A stretch of 64,000 bases of DNA from an uncultured delta proteobacterium (GCA_963850305.1 CAWKKR010000008.1:1408001-1472000), one strand, 5' to 3'. Counted from the stretch's first letter, positions 29,932 to 40,728 are shown. Numbers and translations are program-made. The notes: a model not told the origin generated them from the sequence alone.

Positions 29932-31334
29932 TCGAACTGGAGTTCATTGGTGCGGCCCGGACCGTGACCGGGTCGAAACATCTTCTTCGAACCTCTCGCG
30001 CCACCGTTCTGCTCGAGTGCGGTCTTTTTCAAGGCCACAGACATGAAGCTCGGGCGCTGAACGAGAAGCTTTCCGTGGACCCAGGGGCGTTGGACGCGGT
30101 CGTTCTTTCCCACGCGCACATCGATCACTCGGGAGCGCTGCCACTGCTCCACAAGCGGGGCTATCGCGGGCCGATCTACGCGACTCCGGCGACGCGCGAT
30201 CTCTGCGTTCCCATGCTCCTCGACGCCGCCATGATCCAGGAGTCGGATGCAAAGCACATCCAGAAGCTGATCGCGCGGGGTCACGTCGACATCGAGCCGG
30301 TCCTTCCTCTTTACGAACGGCAAGACGCGATAGGAGCGGTCGGGCTCATGGTCGGCGTGCCCTACGGCCGCAAGCAGGAGGTCGCGCCCGGCATTTCCGT
30401 GACATTCCTGAACGCAGGCCACGTCCTTGGCAGCGCGATCGTCGTCATCGACATCGAGGACGAGGGTGAATGCAGGCGGGTCGCGTTCACCGGGGATCTC
30501 GGACGTCGCCATCTGCCCATTCTCCGGGATCCCGAGATCCCCGAAGGCGTCGACTACCTCATGACCGAGAGCACGTACGGAGACAGACTTCACGATCCCA
30601 TCGAAAAGATGGGCGACGCGCTCGCCAGTACGATCAAGCGAACTTTCGATCGCGGGGGAAAGGTCGTCATTCCTTCTTTTGCACTCGAGCGTGCGCAGGA
30701 AATCATCTACGAGCTGCACCGCCTTCAAGAGCAGAACCGATTGCCACCAATGCCAGTGTACGTGGATTCCCCGCTGACGGTGAAGCTCACGGATATCTTC
30801 AAGCTGCATCCCGATTGCTACGACGAAGAAGCGTTCGCGCTCCTTCATGGAGGACATTCGCCCTTCGACTTCGATGGGCTTCACTACGTCTCGGACGTCG
30901 CGGAGTCGAAGGCCATCGATACCGATCCTCGACCGTGCATCGTCATTTCCGCGAGCGGCATGTGTGAAGCGGGACGCATCCTCCACCATCTTCGCGTGAC
31001 CATCGAGGATCGGAAGAACACGGTGCTCATCGTCGGCTTTCAGGCGCCGGACACGCTCGGGCGACGCCTCGTGGAAGGGCGCAGCGAGGTACGAATCTTC
31101 GGCGTCATGCTTCGACGCGAGGCGGAGATCGTCGTGCTCAACGGGTTCAGCGCGCATGCCGACCAGAACGGTCTCGTGGACTTCGCCGAAAGGGTGAGTG
31201 CAAAAGGCAATCTCCGGAAGATAATGCTCGTCCATGGTGAGCCTGAGCCGCAGGCGGTGCTTTCGAAGGTCCTCGCCGCCCGAGGCTTGCCGCCCGTCGT
31301 GGCTCCGGCGCCAGGGGATCGCATCCGGCTTTGA
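29928..31334 (+). CDS. MBL-fold beta-CASP ribonuclease
   Basis: SHAHIDHSG, AGHVLGS, ESTYGDR, FSAHAD, VHGE. Confidence 0.94.
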   Translation: MIELEFIGAARTVTGSKHLLRTSRATVLLECGLFQGHRHEARALNEKLSVDPGALDAVVLSHAHIDHSGALPLLHKRGYRGPIYATPATRDLCVPMLLDAAMIQESDAKHIQKLIARGHVDIEPVLPLYERQDAIGAVGLMVGVPYGRKQEVAPGISVTFLNAGHVLGSAIVVIDIEDEGECRRVAFTGDLGRRHLPILRDPEIPEGVDYLMTESTYGDRLHDPIEKMGDALASTIKRTFDRGGKVVIPSFALERAQEIIYELHRLQEQNRLPPMPVYVDSPLTVKLTDIFKLHPDCYDEEAFALLHGGHSPFDFDGLHYVSDVAESKAIDTDPRPCIVISASGMCEAGRILHHLRVTIEDRKNTVLIVGFQAPDTLGRRLVEGRSEVRIFGVMLRREAEIVVLNGFSAHADQNGLVDFAERVSAKGNLRKIMLVHGEPEPQAVLSKVLAARGLPPVVAPAPGDRIRL

Positions 31335-31382
31335 CCCGCATCTCTCCGCGGCGGCGCGGTTAGGCGCCGCAGTACGAGGCGC

Positions 31383-31622
31383 TCAGACGCTCGGGGGCCG
31401 GGCAGCTCCGGGTCGATCGGCGCTGCCGACCGCGGAGTCGTCACCGTGAGCATTCGTCTTCTCGCCGCCGCCATCATCCGGGGCGTCGTGGTCATGAAGA
31501 ATTCGAAGGGCTGGCGTTTCGAGATCATCGAACTGTCCCGTCTTGGCAGCCCACAGAAATGCGAAGACCGCGGTGACTGCCATGAGCAACGCGAGGGGAA
31601 CGAGGATGTAAAATACGCTCAT
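31383..31622 (-). CDS. ccoS: cbb3 oxidase assembly protein
   Basis: TM + FLWAAKTGQFDDLETPALRIL. Confidence 0.93.
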   Translation of the reverse strand: MSVFYILVPLALLMAVTAVFAFLWAAKTGQFDDLETPALRILHDHDAPDDGGGEKTNAHGDDSAVGSADRPGAARPPSV

Positions 31623-34072
31623 GGCCTGGCTCCGAACGTCCGGGCTCGGTACGAGCTCGCGATGAGGCCGATGGAACTCGCCGGCATGAGGACGGCAGCC
31701 AGCAGCGGTCCGGCGAAGCCGAGAACGGCCAGAGTCCCGACGGTCACGTTATAGACGAGGGACCGAGCGAGGTTCGTCCGAACGACGCGCAGGGTGCGCC
31801 GTGCGCCCTCGAGCAGTTCGACCAGGGGCGCGAGCCCCGCTGTCGTCGCGAAGACGTCCGCGGCGGCGAGGCTCGCCTCGGCGCCCCCGTGGACGGCAAT
31901 GCCCACCGTCGCGGCGGAGAGCGCGGCCGCGTCGTTGACGCCGTCGCCGACCATGAACACGGGGCCCCGCCGGGCCCGCTCCTCGATGAAGGCGAGCTTG
32001 GCTTCCGGGCTCGCGGCCCCCACCACCTCGTCGAAGGGCACTCCGACACTTGCGGTGACCGCATGAACGACCGCGGGTTGATCTCCGGACAGCACCGCGA
32101 GGCGATACCCCATCTCGCGGAGCTTGGTGAGACTCTCTCGAGCGTCGGGCCTCACCGGATCTCCGATGCCCGCGACGGCACGGACTTCGCCGTCGATCGC
32201 GAAGAGGACTGGCGTCAGCGAGCGTGCCGCGAGCCGTTCGGTGCGGTCCTGCACCCACGCCGGGATCGACGGAGCGTGCTCGACCACGAACGGTGCGGAG
32301 CCAATCACCACGCGTTTACCAGCGACGAGCGCCTCCACGCCGCCGCCGAGAGTCTCTCGCATGAAGTCGGCGACCGGCAACGTTTCCGCCTGGAACGCGG
32401 TTCGAAGCGCGCGGGCGATCGGGTGAGCGGAGCCGGATTCCGCCGCAGCGGCCATCGGTTTCACGGACTCGTCGCCCACGAACTCCACGAGCGCCAGTCG
32501 GCCCTCGGTCAGAGTTCCCGTCTTGTCGAACACGACGAGCCCGGGTCTCGCGAGGGCCTCGAGAAACTGGCCTCCCTTGATCATCAGACCGCGCCGCGCC
32601 GCGCGTCCGAGAGCGGCGGTCACCGCGAGCGGCGTCGCCAGCGCGAGGGCACATGGACACATGATCACCAGCAGAGCCACCGCTCGCTCCACGGCCAGGG
32701 CGGGGCTCTTCGACCACAGCGTGACGACGACCAGGGCTGCGGTGACGAGCACGACCATCACGAAGTAGCCCGAGAATCGATTCGCCAGCAGCACGATGGG
32801 CGCGCGACGCTCTGCCGCTTCCGCGACACGAGCCACCAGTCGCGCCAGCCGCGTTTCTCGTCCGGTCTTTTCCGCACGCACCAAGAGCCGGCTCGAGACG
32901 TTGACCGAACCCGCGTGAACCGCGTCACCGACCGCGACGTCCGCCGGAAGCGACTCGCCCGTCAAGAGAGAGACATCGACGCTCGAAGCTCCTTCCACCA
33001 CTGTTCCATCGACAGGCACTAGGTCACCGGAGCGAACCTCGACGAGCGAGCCTCGAGGCAGCGCGGCCACGGGGACTTCACGGACGAGGCCGCCATCCAA
33101 GAGCCATGCCGTCGATGGCGACAAGGCGTTGAGCGCGTCCTCGGCGCTCGCTGCCTTCCGTTGCTGCCGGTGCTGCAGAAACCGCCCGACGAGCAGCAGG
33201 AATACGAGCATCGTCATCGTATCGAAGTAGAGGTCGCCATGCGAGCGGAACGTGTTCACGACGCCGCTCACGCTCCCCACGACGATGGCGACGCTGATGG
33301 GCAGGTCCATGTGCGGCGTAAGCGTCCGCAGCGCGCCGAGGGCGCCGCGATAGAACACGCTCGCCGACCAGAAGATCGACGGCAAGGCGACGACCATGCT
33401 GCCCCACCGAAAGAGTTCCGCCTGTCCGGGATCCATGCCGGAGGACGTGCCGCAGTAAAGGGCGATGGCGAGCAACATGGCGTTCCCTGCAGCCGCGCCG
33501 GCGACGCCGATGCGCATCAGGAGCGCGCGATCCTCTCTGCGCCGAACCGCGTCGCGGTCCAACCCCTGCAGTGGATGACTCGGGTAGCCGATCGAATCGA
33601 GCCACGCCGCGATCCGCGACAGCTCTACCTCGGCAGGGTCCCAGACGAGGCGGACGACGTCGCGGGATACGTCGAGCCGTGCCTCCGAGACGCCGGGCAG
33701 CGCCGCAGGTGCCTTCTCGATGAGCCACACGCACGAGGCGCAGTGGACATTCTCGAGAAAGAGTTCCGTTCCGAGACGGCCGTCACCGAGCGCGCGGCAA
33801 TGGATGGCAATGAATTCCGGCTCGTCGAGATCGGCGTAGGTCCGCTTCGAGGTTTTCGCCGGCGCGCCGACCGCGCCGGCCGTTTCGCGATACCGGTAAT
33901 AGTCGTCGAGCCTGCAGGCTTTCAGGATCGCGTACACTGACGCGCAGCCTGAGCAGCAGAATCGATGGTCCTGTCCCGGGACAATGGAGAGAACCGGTTG
34001 CCCGCAGTGAGCGCAGGTCGCAAAAGGGAATGCGGTAGTCCGTTCCGGCCCGGCCAGGGTCTCAACGAACAT
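31619..34072 (-). CDS. ccoI: cbb3 maturation P1B-type Cu ATPase
   Basis: CAHCG, FCCSGC, CASCVWLIE, CPCAL, DKTGT, GDGVNDA. Confidence 0.93.
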   Translation of the reverse strand: MFVETLAGPERTTAFPFATCAHCGQPVLSIVPGQDHRFCCSGCASVYAILKACRLDDYYRYRETAGAVGAPAKTSKRTYADLDEPEFIAIHCRALGDGRLGTELFLENVHCASCVWLIEKAPAALPGVSEARLDVSRDVVRLVWDPAEVELSRIAAWLDSIGYPSHPLQGLDRDAVRRREDRALLMRIGVAGAAAGNAMLLAIALYCGTSSGMDPGQAELFRWGSMVVALPSIFWSASVFYRGALGALRTLTPHMDLPISVAIVVGSVSGVVNTFRSHGDLYFDTMTMLVFLLLVGRFLQHRQQRKAASAEDALNALSPSTAWLLDGGLVREVPVAALPRGSLVEVRSGDLVPVDGTVVEGASSVDVSLLTGESLPADVAVGDAVHAGSVNVSSRLLVRAEKTGRETRLARLVARVAEAAERRAPIVLLANRFSGYFVMVVLVTAALVVVTLWSKSPALAVERAVALLVIMCPCALALATPLAVTAALGRAARRGLMIKGGQFLEALARPGLVVFDKTGTLTEGRLALVEFVGDESVKPMAAAAESGSAHPIARALRTAFQAETLPVADFMRETLGGGVEALVAGKRVVIGSAPFVVEHAPSIPAWVQDRTERLAARSLTPVLFAIDGEVRAVAGIGDPVRPDARESLTKLREMGYRLAVLSGDQPAVVHAVTASVGVPFDEVVGAASPEAKLAFIEERARRGPVFMVGDGVNDAAALSAATVGIAVHGGAEASLAAADVFATTAGLAPLVELLEGARRTLRVVRTNLARSLVYNVTVGTLAVLGFAGPLLAAVLMPASSIGLIASSYRARTFGARP

Positions 34073-34784
34073 GATCTGGGGCCTGCGAACAGCTTGTATC
34101 GGACAGGTGCGGCGAAACGAGAGAAAGGGGGGACCAGCGGCCGAGAAGGCTCGTGAGGCCGAAACCTAGGAGCACAAGGGCGCCAACGAAACCCGCATGC
34201 TTCCGGAGCGGCCGCATCACGAGCGTGGCACCCGCGCCGATGCCCACCACGGCGGGCAACGTCCCGAGCCAGAACGCACCCATCACGATCGCGCCGGGCA
34301 GCGCGCTGCCCATTCCTGCCGAAAGGACGAGAAACGCATGGAGAAACCCGCAAGGAAGCGCGGCGGTGCAGCCGCCGACGACCGCCGACCGGACTACGGG
34401 AGGTTCGTCACGCAGACGCCGGATGAGATTCGCGACAGGAACGTGAATCGGGGTTCGAGCGCCCCACCGGAGACGCGCTCCGGCGGCTTCCAGCATCCGG
34501 GCCATCCCCCAGACAATCATCACGATGCCGGCGACGGCACCAGCGACGTGGCCGACACCGATACGGAGCCCCGCATGATCCACCGTCGAACCAAGCGCTC
34601 CGGCGAGGGTGCCCAGTGCGACGTAGCCGAGTCCGCGCGTCCCGTTGTACGCCGCGATCGCGCCGATGCGACCGCCCTTCTCGGTCCCCGCGGTCGAAAA
34701 CGCGACGAGCCCGCCGCACATCGCCGCGCAATGCATGCTCCCGACGACGCTGGCTGCGATGACCGACGCGACGACCTCGATCAT
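34062..34784 (-). CDS. DsbD_2/TauE-like membrane protein of cco clusters
   Basis: GSMHCAAMCGG, YNGTR, LPCG, FWLGTLP. Confidence 0.88.
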   Translation of the reverse strand: MIEVVASVIAASVVGSMHCAAMCGGLVAFSTAGTEKGGRIGAIAAYNGTRGLGYVALGTLAGALGSTVDHAGLRIGVGHVAGAVAGIVMIVWGMARMLEAAGARLRWGARTPIHVPVANLIRRLRDEPPVVRSAVVGGCTAALPCGFLHAFLVLSAGMGSALPGAIVMGAFWLGTLPAVVGIGAGATLVMRPLRKHAGFVGALVLLGFGLTSLLGRWSPLSLVSPHLSDTSCSQAPDHVR

Positions 34785-35287
34785 CGTTCGGGCCCCGACG
34801 GCACGTCGTAGCGGACGACCGCAGTGAAGTGCTCCATCGCCCGGTCGACGGCGAGGGACAGCTCCCACAGACCCGGTCGGTTCATCGGGAGACGTCCGCG
34901 GTAATCACCCGGGGAACTTTCGCTCAGGAGCGATCGAAGGATTCGCGTCGACCGCACGATGGCGAACGCCTCGACGCCAACCTGCGCACCCCGAAGGGGC
35001 GATCCGGCGCGATCGAGCAATCGGACCTCGACGACCGCGCTGCCGCCTCCGTCGGGGATGACGTTCACGTCCGCGCGCCAGCCGAGCCGTGCATTCTCGC
35101 GATCCTGCGTGCGCTGTGCGTCCCACGACATGGCCCTTGCGTAGTATCGATTCTCGACGGCGAACGACGGATCGTTCAGCACGCGCCGGACGAGCAGGAG
35201 CTGGAGGATGACGACCGCGCCGAGGACGACGACCGGAAACAGGGCCCAGCGGGTTTCCGGACGGAGGAGTTGCGCCGTAAACTTCAT
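34781..35287 (-). CDS. ccoH: FixH/CcoH-family protein
   Basis: TM, VENRYYARAMSW, LGW, GLWEL; position in cco cluster. Confidence 0.82.
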   Translation of the reverse strand: MKFTAQLLRPETRWALFPVVVLGAVVILQLLLVRRVLNDPSFAVENRYYARAMSWDAQRTQDRENARLGWRADVNVIPDGGGSAVVEVRLLDRAGSPLRGAQVGVEAFAIVRSTRILRSLLSESSPGDYRGRLPMNRPGLWELSLAVDRAMEHFTAVVRYDVPSGPER

Positions 35288-35288
35288 T

Positions 35289-36662
35289 TCACTGGCCTTC
35301 CGGACCGAGGAGGTCGTAACGGGCGATGCGTTCGAAGCCGGCGCCGTCCGAGATCCGCAAGCGGATCGGGCGAATGCCTCTCGAGAAAGTGTTTCGCGGT
35401 GCGAGAACGAAGAAACCTTCCGTCGCCTGATCGCCGGCCGCGACGTGGAGGGGGTTCTCGGGTGCCACGAGCGTCGTGTCCGGCGCGTCGAGCAGGGACA
35501 TCGAATATTCCGCTCCGTTGCTCGTGCGATTCTGGATCTTGATGCGGATCAGGTTCCGGATGAGCTCTCCTTGTTTCACGAACGGCGTCTCGAGACCCCG
35601 GAGGATCGAAACTTCCGCGATGCGCCGGCTCGAGGCCGTGACGAAGAGGGCCGTCAGCAGCAAACCAAGGACGATCGGATAAAGGACAATGCGGGGGCGG
35701 AGGAGCGCCCGCACGTCGACCGTCCGGCTCGCGAGGGCGTATTCGGACGTGTACCGGATGAGGCCGAGGGGGCGTCGCAGCTTGGCCATGACGCCGTCGC
35801 AGGCGTCCATGCACTGAGTGCAAGCGATGCACTCGAGCTGGAGTCCGTTGCGGATATCGATGCCCGTCGGACAGGTTGCGACGCAGAGGCCGCAGTCGAC
35901 GCAGTCACCGGTCGTCGAGCCCTTCTTGCCGCGGGGCTCTCCTCGATTGGAATCGTAGGCGACCACGAGGGACTTCTTGTCGAGGAGGACCGATTGCAGC
36001 CGCGCGTACGGGCAGACGACGGTGCACATCTGCTCGCGAAAGTAGGTGAAGTCCGCGAAGACGAGCGCGGTCGTGCCGCCCATGACGAGGAATGCCGTCG
36101 GATGTTCGGCAGGGGAGGAGTGCATCCAGTGCGACAGTTCCACGACGCCGACGAAGTACGAGAGAAACAGGTTCCCGACCAGCGCCGCGAGGACGAGGAA
36201 CACGACGTTCTTGAGGATTCGCCGGCCGTTGGCCCCTTCGCGGTCGAGTCTCGCCTGCTCCCTCTGGTCGCCCTCGATGAGCCGTTCGATTGGGCGAAAC
36301 AGGAACTCCATGTAGACCGTCTGCGGACAGCCCCAGCCGCACCAGACGCGCCCCGCAAGCGCCGTCATCAGGAAGATGCCCACGAAGATGGACAGCATCA
36401 TCAACATGAGGAGCACGCCGTCGGTCGGAAGGAACGTCCGGCCGAAGAAAATGAACTGCCAGTGACGGATGTCGAGCAAGACGGCCGGCTTGCCGCCGAC
36501 GTGGAGGAACGGCAACCCCACGAACGTCGCAATGAGGCCCCACGCGGTCGCCAGACGCCGCCTGTAATAGTGGCCGTGGAAGGGCCTTGGACGGATCCAG
36601 CGCCGGGTTCCGTCCCCGTTCAAGGTGGGGAGCACCCGGCCCGGCGCACGCAGTGTGGACAT
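35289..36662 (-). CDS. ccoG: cbb3 accessory polyferredoxin
   Basis: GRVWCGWGCPQTVY, CPYARLQS, CVDCGLCVATCPTGIDIR, CIACTQCMDAC. Confidence 0.96.
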   Translation of the reverse strand: MSTLRAPGRVLPTLNGDGTRRWIRPRPFHGHYYRRRLATAWGLIATFVGLPFLHVGGKPAVLLDIRHWQFIFFGRTFLPTDGVLLMLMMLSIFVGIFLMTALAGRVWCGWGCPQTVYMEFLFRPIERLIEGDQREQARLDREGANGRRILKNVVFLVLAALVGNLFLSYFVGVVELSHWMHSSPAEHPTAFLVMGGTTALVFADFTYFREQMCTVVCPYARLQSVLLDKKSLVVAYDSNRGEPRGKKGSTTGDCVDCGLCVATCPTGIDIRNGLQLECIACTQCMDACDGVMAKLRRPLGLIRYTSEYALASRTVDVRALLRPRIVLYPIVLGLLLTALFVTASSRRIAEVSILRGLETPFVKQGELIRNLIRIKIQNRTSNGAEYSMSLLDAPDTTLVAPENPLHVAAGDQATEGFFVLAPRNTFSRGIRPIRLRISDGAGFERIARYDLLGPEGQ

Positions 36663-36663
36663 C

Positions 36664-37284
36664 CTACTTCCCCGCCGGAGCGGCCGGTGGCGCGACCAGC
36701 GTCCCCTCGGGCGCCTTACCCTCGAGATGCGTGCCCCGGATGGTGCCGACGTAGGCCGCGAGCTTCGCGATCTCGATCGGCGCGAGCACCTTCCCCCACT
36801 CGGGCATTCCCTTCGACGCCACTCCGCCGTTGACGACTCTGTAAATATCCATCAGGCGTCCGCGTCCGTGAATCCAGTAGTCATCCGTGAGATTCGGACC
36901 GATGAGCCCGGCCCCCTTCGGGCCGTGACACTGGACGCAACGCTTCTGGAACATCGCTCGCGCATCCGCCATGACGGCGGCGTTCTTCGTGAGCTTGCCG
37001 AGCGATTGCTCGGAGACGGTCCCCAGATCCCGCTGGGCTGCAGCTTCTCGAGCGACCTGCATTTCCTCGTCGTATGCCTCCACGACGGTCGTCCCTTTCA
37101 TGAACACGTGCATCCAGAGCACGTAACAGATGGCGAAATAGAACGTGCCCCAGTAGATCCATACCCACCAGCGCGGCATGGGATTGTCGTATTCCTGGAT
37201 CCCGTCGTACTCGTGATCGGTGAGCGGGTCCGTCTTCGGGGCGGAATCCGGCCCCACGGCGGGCTCGTGCGTTTGCGTCGTCAT
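36664..37284 (-). CDS. ccoP: cbb3 oxidase subunit III (monoheme)
   Basis: DHEYDGIQEYDNPMPRWW, CVQCH, GPNLTDDYW. Confidence 0.93.
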   Translation of the reverse strand: MTTQTHEPAVGPDSAPKTDPLTDHEYDGIQEYDNPMPRWWVWIYWGTFYFAICYVLWMHVFMKGTTVVEAYDEEMQVAREAAAQRDLGTVSEQSLGKLTKNAAVMADARAMFQKRCVQCHGPKGAGLIGPNLTDDYWIHGRGRLMDIYRVVNGGVASKGMPEWGKVLAPIEIAKLAAYVGTIRGTHLEGKAPEGTLVAPPAAPAGK

Positions 37285-37466
37285 GGTCGGTATCCTTCGT
37301 CGTCCGAGTCGGTCAAAGGGAGCGTGCGCGCGCCCTCCCATTCGTTGCCCCGCTTCCGCGACGCCACCTGAACGAGAACCGCGGCGAACGCGACCAGGAA
37401 GAGCACGAGCGCGATCTCGGGATAGATGGCGAGCCCGGTCGCGCCGACGACCTCCGACAGGTTCAT
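37281..37466 (-). CDS. ccoQ: cbb3 oxidase subunit IV
   Basis: Short TM followed by ARTLPLTD, between ccoO and ccoP. Confidence 0.85.
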   Translation of the reverse strand: MNLSEVVGATGLAIYPEIALVLFLVAFAAVLVQVASRKRGNEWEGARTLPLTDSDDEGYRP

Positions 37467-37467
37467 G

Positions 37468-39702
37468 TCAACGAGCTCCTTCCACGGCAACGACGGGGGT
37501 GCCGGTTTCGGTCGGGGGCACGGCTCTGATGTCCGTTCCGAGGCGTTGCAGGTAGGCGACGAGCGCCACGATCTTCTTGTCGCCGAGCCCCTTCTGGCCG
37601 CCCTGCGCCTCGATCGATGACGCGAGTGCCGTCGCCTGGGCTCGAGCCATGCTCTCGGCATGATTGATGGCGTCTCCATACGGCACGCCGAGCATCGCCA
37701 TGACATCGACCTTTCTCTGGATACCCGTGAAATCCAAGGTGTCCGCGAGTAGCCAGGGGTACTTCGGCATGATGGACCCCGGGGTCATCGCCGCGGGATC
37801 TTCCATGTGACGGACGTGCCAGAGGTCCGGGTACTTACCGCCCACGCGCTGGAGGTCTGGCCCGATCCTCCGCGAGCCCCACTGGAACGGGTGGTCGTAG
37901 ACGAACTCCCCCGGTTTCGAATACTCGCCGTACCGCTCCGTCTCGGCACGGATCGGTCGGATCATCTGCGAGTGGCAGTTGTAGCAACCCTCGCTCACGT
38001 AGATGTCGCGCCCGGCGAGTTCGAGCGGCGTGTACGGCTTCACGGTAGCGATCGTCGGGACGTTCGAGCGGATGAGGAACATCGGGACGATCTCGAACAG
38101 CGAGGCGGTGGCCACGGCGCCCGTGACCCAGAGCGTGAACTTCAGCGGCTTCCGTTCCCAGACACGATGCCAGGCCGCGCGTGCGAAGAACTGAAGCTCG
38201 TAACCGAAATCGAGCATCGTCGGGTGGGCTGGAATGACGACCTTCGGTTCCTCTCCCACCCAGTCGGGCGAGAGGGGCGGCGCCTCGTGCACGACCTCCT
38301 CGTACTTTTCCGGGCGGTCCATCCACGTCATGAGGATGTTGACGAGGCACATCAGAACGCCGCAGAAGTACATCGCGCCGCCGAGCGCTCGAACCCACCA
38401 CATCGGCAAGATGCGAACGGCCGTCTCGATGAAGTCGGGGTAGGCGAGGCGTCCCGTCGAGTCGAAGGCACGCCACATGAGCCCTTGTGTGATCCCCGCG
38501 GCGTAGAGGGCAACGACATAGAACAGGAGACCGAGGGTCCCGATCCAGAAGTGAACCTCGGCGAGCTTCTTCGACCAGAGCTTCGTCTGGAAGAGCCTTG
38601 GCGCGAGCCAGTACAGGAGCCCGAACGTCATGAACCCGTTCCAGCCGAGCGTTCCCGAATGGACGTGAGCGATGGTCCAGTCCGTGTAATGCGAGAGAGC
38701 GTTCACGCTCTTGATGGCGAGCATGGGCCCCTCGAACGTCGCCATGCCATAGAAGGTCACGCCCGCGACGAAGAACTTGAGCACCGGGTCTTCCGCGACC
38801 TTGTTCCAGGCGCCGCGAAGGGTCAGAAGGCCATTGATCATGCCTCCCCACGATGGCATCCAGAGCATCACGCTGAACACCATGCCGAGCGTGGAGGCCC
38901 ACTCGGGAAGCGCCGTGTAGTGCAGGTGGTGCGGGCCTGCCCAGATGTAGATGAACACCAGCGACCAGAAGTGAAGGATGCTGAGCTTGTAGGAATAGAC
39001 GGGCCGGTTCGCCGCCTTGGGCAGGAAGTAGTACATCAGCCCGAGAAATGGAGTCGTCAGGAAAAAGGCCACTGCGTTATGGCCGTACCACCACTGCATC
39101 AGGGCATCCTGCACGCCCGCGTACACGGAGTAGCTCTTCGTGAACGTGACTGGGATGGATAGGTTGTTGAACACGTGAAGGATGGCGACCGTTATGATCG
39201 TCGCGATGTAGAACCAGAGCGCGACGTAGAGGTGCCGTTCGCGCCGCCTGGCGATCGTTCCGAAGAAATTCACGGCGAAGACGATCCAGATCACGGCGAT
39301 GGCGATGTCGATGGGCCACTCGAGCTCGGCGTACTCCTTCGACTGCGTGATGCCGAAGGGTAGAGTCAAGGCAGCGGATACGATGATCGCTTGCCAGCCC
39401 CAGAAGTGGAGCGCGGACAGTTTGTCACTCCACATCCGTGCCTTCAGCAGGCGCTGGCTCGAGTAATAGACGCCGGCGAAGATCGCGTTCCCGGCGAAGG
39501 CGAAGATCGCCGCGTTCGTGTGCAATGGCCGGAGCCGCCCGAACGTGAGATAAGGCTGCGAAAAGGTCAGCCCCGGCATCACCAGTTCGAGCGCCAGGAA
39601 GACGCCGACCAGTGTCGCGACGACGCCCCAGAGGATCGTAGCGACCGCGAACTTGCGGACGATCGCGTCGTCGTAGATGAATCTTTCCATGCGCGCGCTC
39701 AT
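37468..39702 (-). CDS. ccoN: fused cbb3 oxidase subunits I/II
   Basis: RLRPLHTN, WWYGHNAV, GPHHLHY, then GRDIYVSEGCYNCHSQMIRP (CcoO) in one frame. Confidence 0.97.
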   Translation of the reverse strand: MSARMERFIYDDAIVRKFAVATILWGVVATLVGVFLALELVMPGLTFSQPYLTFGRLRPLHTNAAIFAFAGNAIFAGVYYSSQRLLKARMWSDKLSALHFWGWQAIIVSAALTLPFGITQSKEYAELEWPIDIAIAVIWIVFAVNFFGTIARRRERHLYVALWFYIATIITVAILHVFNNLSIPVTFTKSYSVYAGVQDALMQWWYGHNAVAFFLTTPFLGLMYYFLPKAANRPVYSYKLSILHFWSLVFIYIWAGPHHLHYTALPEWASTLGMVFSVMLWMPSWGGMINGLLTLRGAWNKVAEDPVLKFFVAGVTFYGMATFEGPMLAIKSVNALSHYTDWTIAHVHSGTLGWNGFMTFGLLYWLAPRLFQTKLWSKKLAEVHFWIGTLGLLFYVVALYAAGITQGLMWRAFDSTGRLAYPDFIETAVRILPMWWVRALGGAMYFCGVLMCLVNILMTWMDRPEKYEEVVHEAPPLSPDWVGEEPKVVIPAHPTMLDFGYELQFFARAAWHRVWERKPLKFTLWVTGAVATASLFEIVPMFLIRSNVPTIATVKPYTPLELAGRDIYVSEGCYNCHSQMIRPIRAETERYGEYSKPGEFVYDHPFQWGSRRIGPDLQRVGGKYPDLWHVRHMEDPAAMTPGSIMPKYPWLLADTLDFTGIQRKVDVMAMLGVPYGDAINHAESMARAQATALASSIEAQGGQKGLGDKKIVALVAYLQRLGTDIRAVPPTETGTPVVAVEGAR

Positions 39703-39927
39703 ACCCGCCCGCCGCTCGCAAGAATCGTGCGAAGCACTCGCGGCCAAAGTTTTCGGACAGTTCCTGGTCGCGATGCGCCGGTTGCACGCACGCGCACGGC
39801 TTGCGCGGGGCGCGGATGACGTCGCGACGACGTCTGCAGCAACGCCACATCATCGAGCCGATGGGATCCGTGCTCGTGCTCCAACCGTGAACTGCGTTCG
39901 CCTACGGCGAAGCGTCACGCTCGTTCC

Positions 39928-40728
39928 TCAAAGCGCCGGCGACTTCTCGCGCGGTTCGACGACCCGTTCGGTGGAGGGCATCGCTGGAAAGACGGATCGG
40001 TTTCGTCCGCCCGATTTCGCCTCGTAGAGCGCCGCGTCGGCCATGGCGCAGAGAGCTCCGCTGGTGGCGTGCTCCGCGTGCGCGATGTCGGCGATTCCGA
40101 TCGAAACCGTCGGTGCTGGAGCGCCCGGGAAGGGTGGCCGTAGCGTCTCGCGTATGCGCTCGGCCAGGCCATGACCCCCAACGCCGTCCACTCCGGGCGC
40201 CAGAACGACGAATTCGTCTCCGCCCCATCTCGCTGCCAGATCGCTTGCGCGGCCCGATGCGGAGAGTGCGTCGGCAACCGTCCGGAGCGCGGCGTCTCCG
40301 GCAGCGTGGCCTTGCCCGTCGTTGATCGCCTTCAGGTGGTCAACGTCGATGAGGAGGAGCGATAGCGGTGAGCCGTAGCGCGCTGCTCGCCTCACCTCCT
40401 CGGCTAGCCGCGTCTCGAAGTGTCGGCGATTCGCGAGGTGTGTCAGGGAATCGGTTTTTGACGACTCCTCGAGCCGGTCGGTTCTCTTTCCGAGAAGTTT
40501 TCCAAGCACGACGAAGACGAGAGCAGTACTCACCGTCAAGTAGCCGTAGGTCAGCATGTCCCCAGCCACGTCCGCCGCGATCCCGTCGATCGACGGCCGC
40601 CCTGAAACGATCTGGCGAATGACAATCAGGCCGGCGGGCGCGCCGAAAGCGAGTAGCACGCCGACGGCCGGGTAAAGTATCGACTTAGGCCACGCGGGCG
40701 GCGGGGACGTGCTCACATCGATCGGCAT
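39928..40728 (-). CDS. membrane-anchored diguanylate cyclase
   Basis: Two TMs, DSLT, RASD I-site, WGGDEF. Confidence 0.93.
   Translation of the reverse strand: MPIDVSTSPPPAWPKSILYPAVGVLLAFGAPAGLIVIRQIVSGRPSIDGIAADVAGDMLTYGYLTVSTALVFVVLGKLLGKRTDRLEESSKTDSLTHLANRRHFETRLAEEVRRAARYGSPLSLLLIDVDHLKAINDGQGHAAGDAALRTVADALSASGRASDLAARWGGDEFVVLAPGVDGVGGHGLAERIRETLRPPFPGAPAPTVSIGIADIAHAEHATSGALCAMADAALYEAKSGGRNRSVFPAMPSTERVVEPREKSPAL

Noticed and set aside
39717..39732. sigma54 promoter for ccoN (minus strand TCGCACGATTCTTGCG)
   Set aside because: Good -12 but the invariant -24 GG is CG
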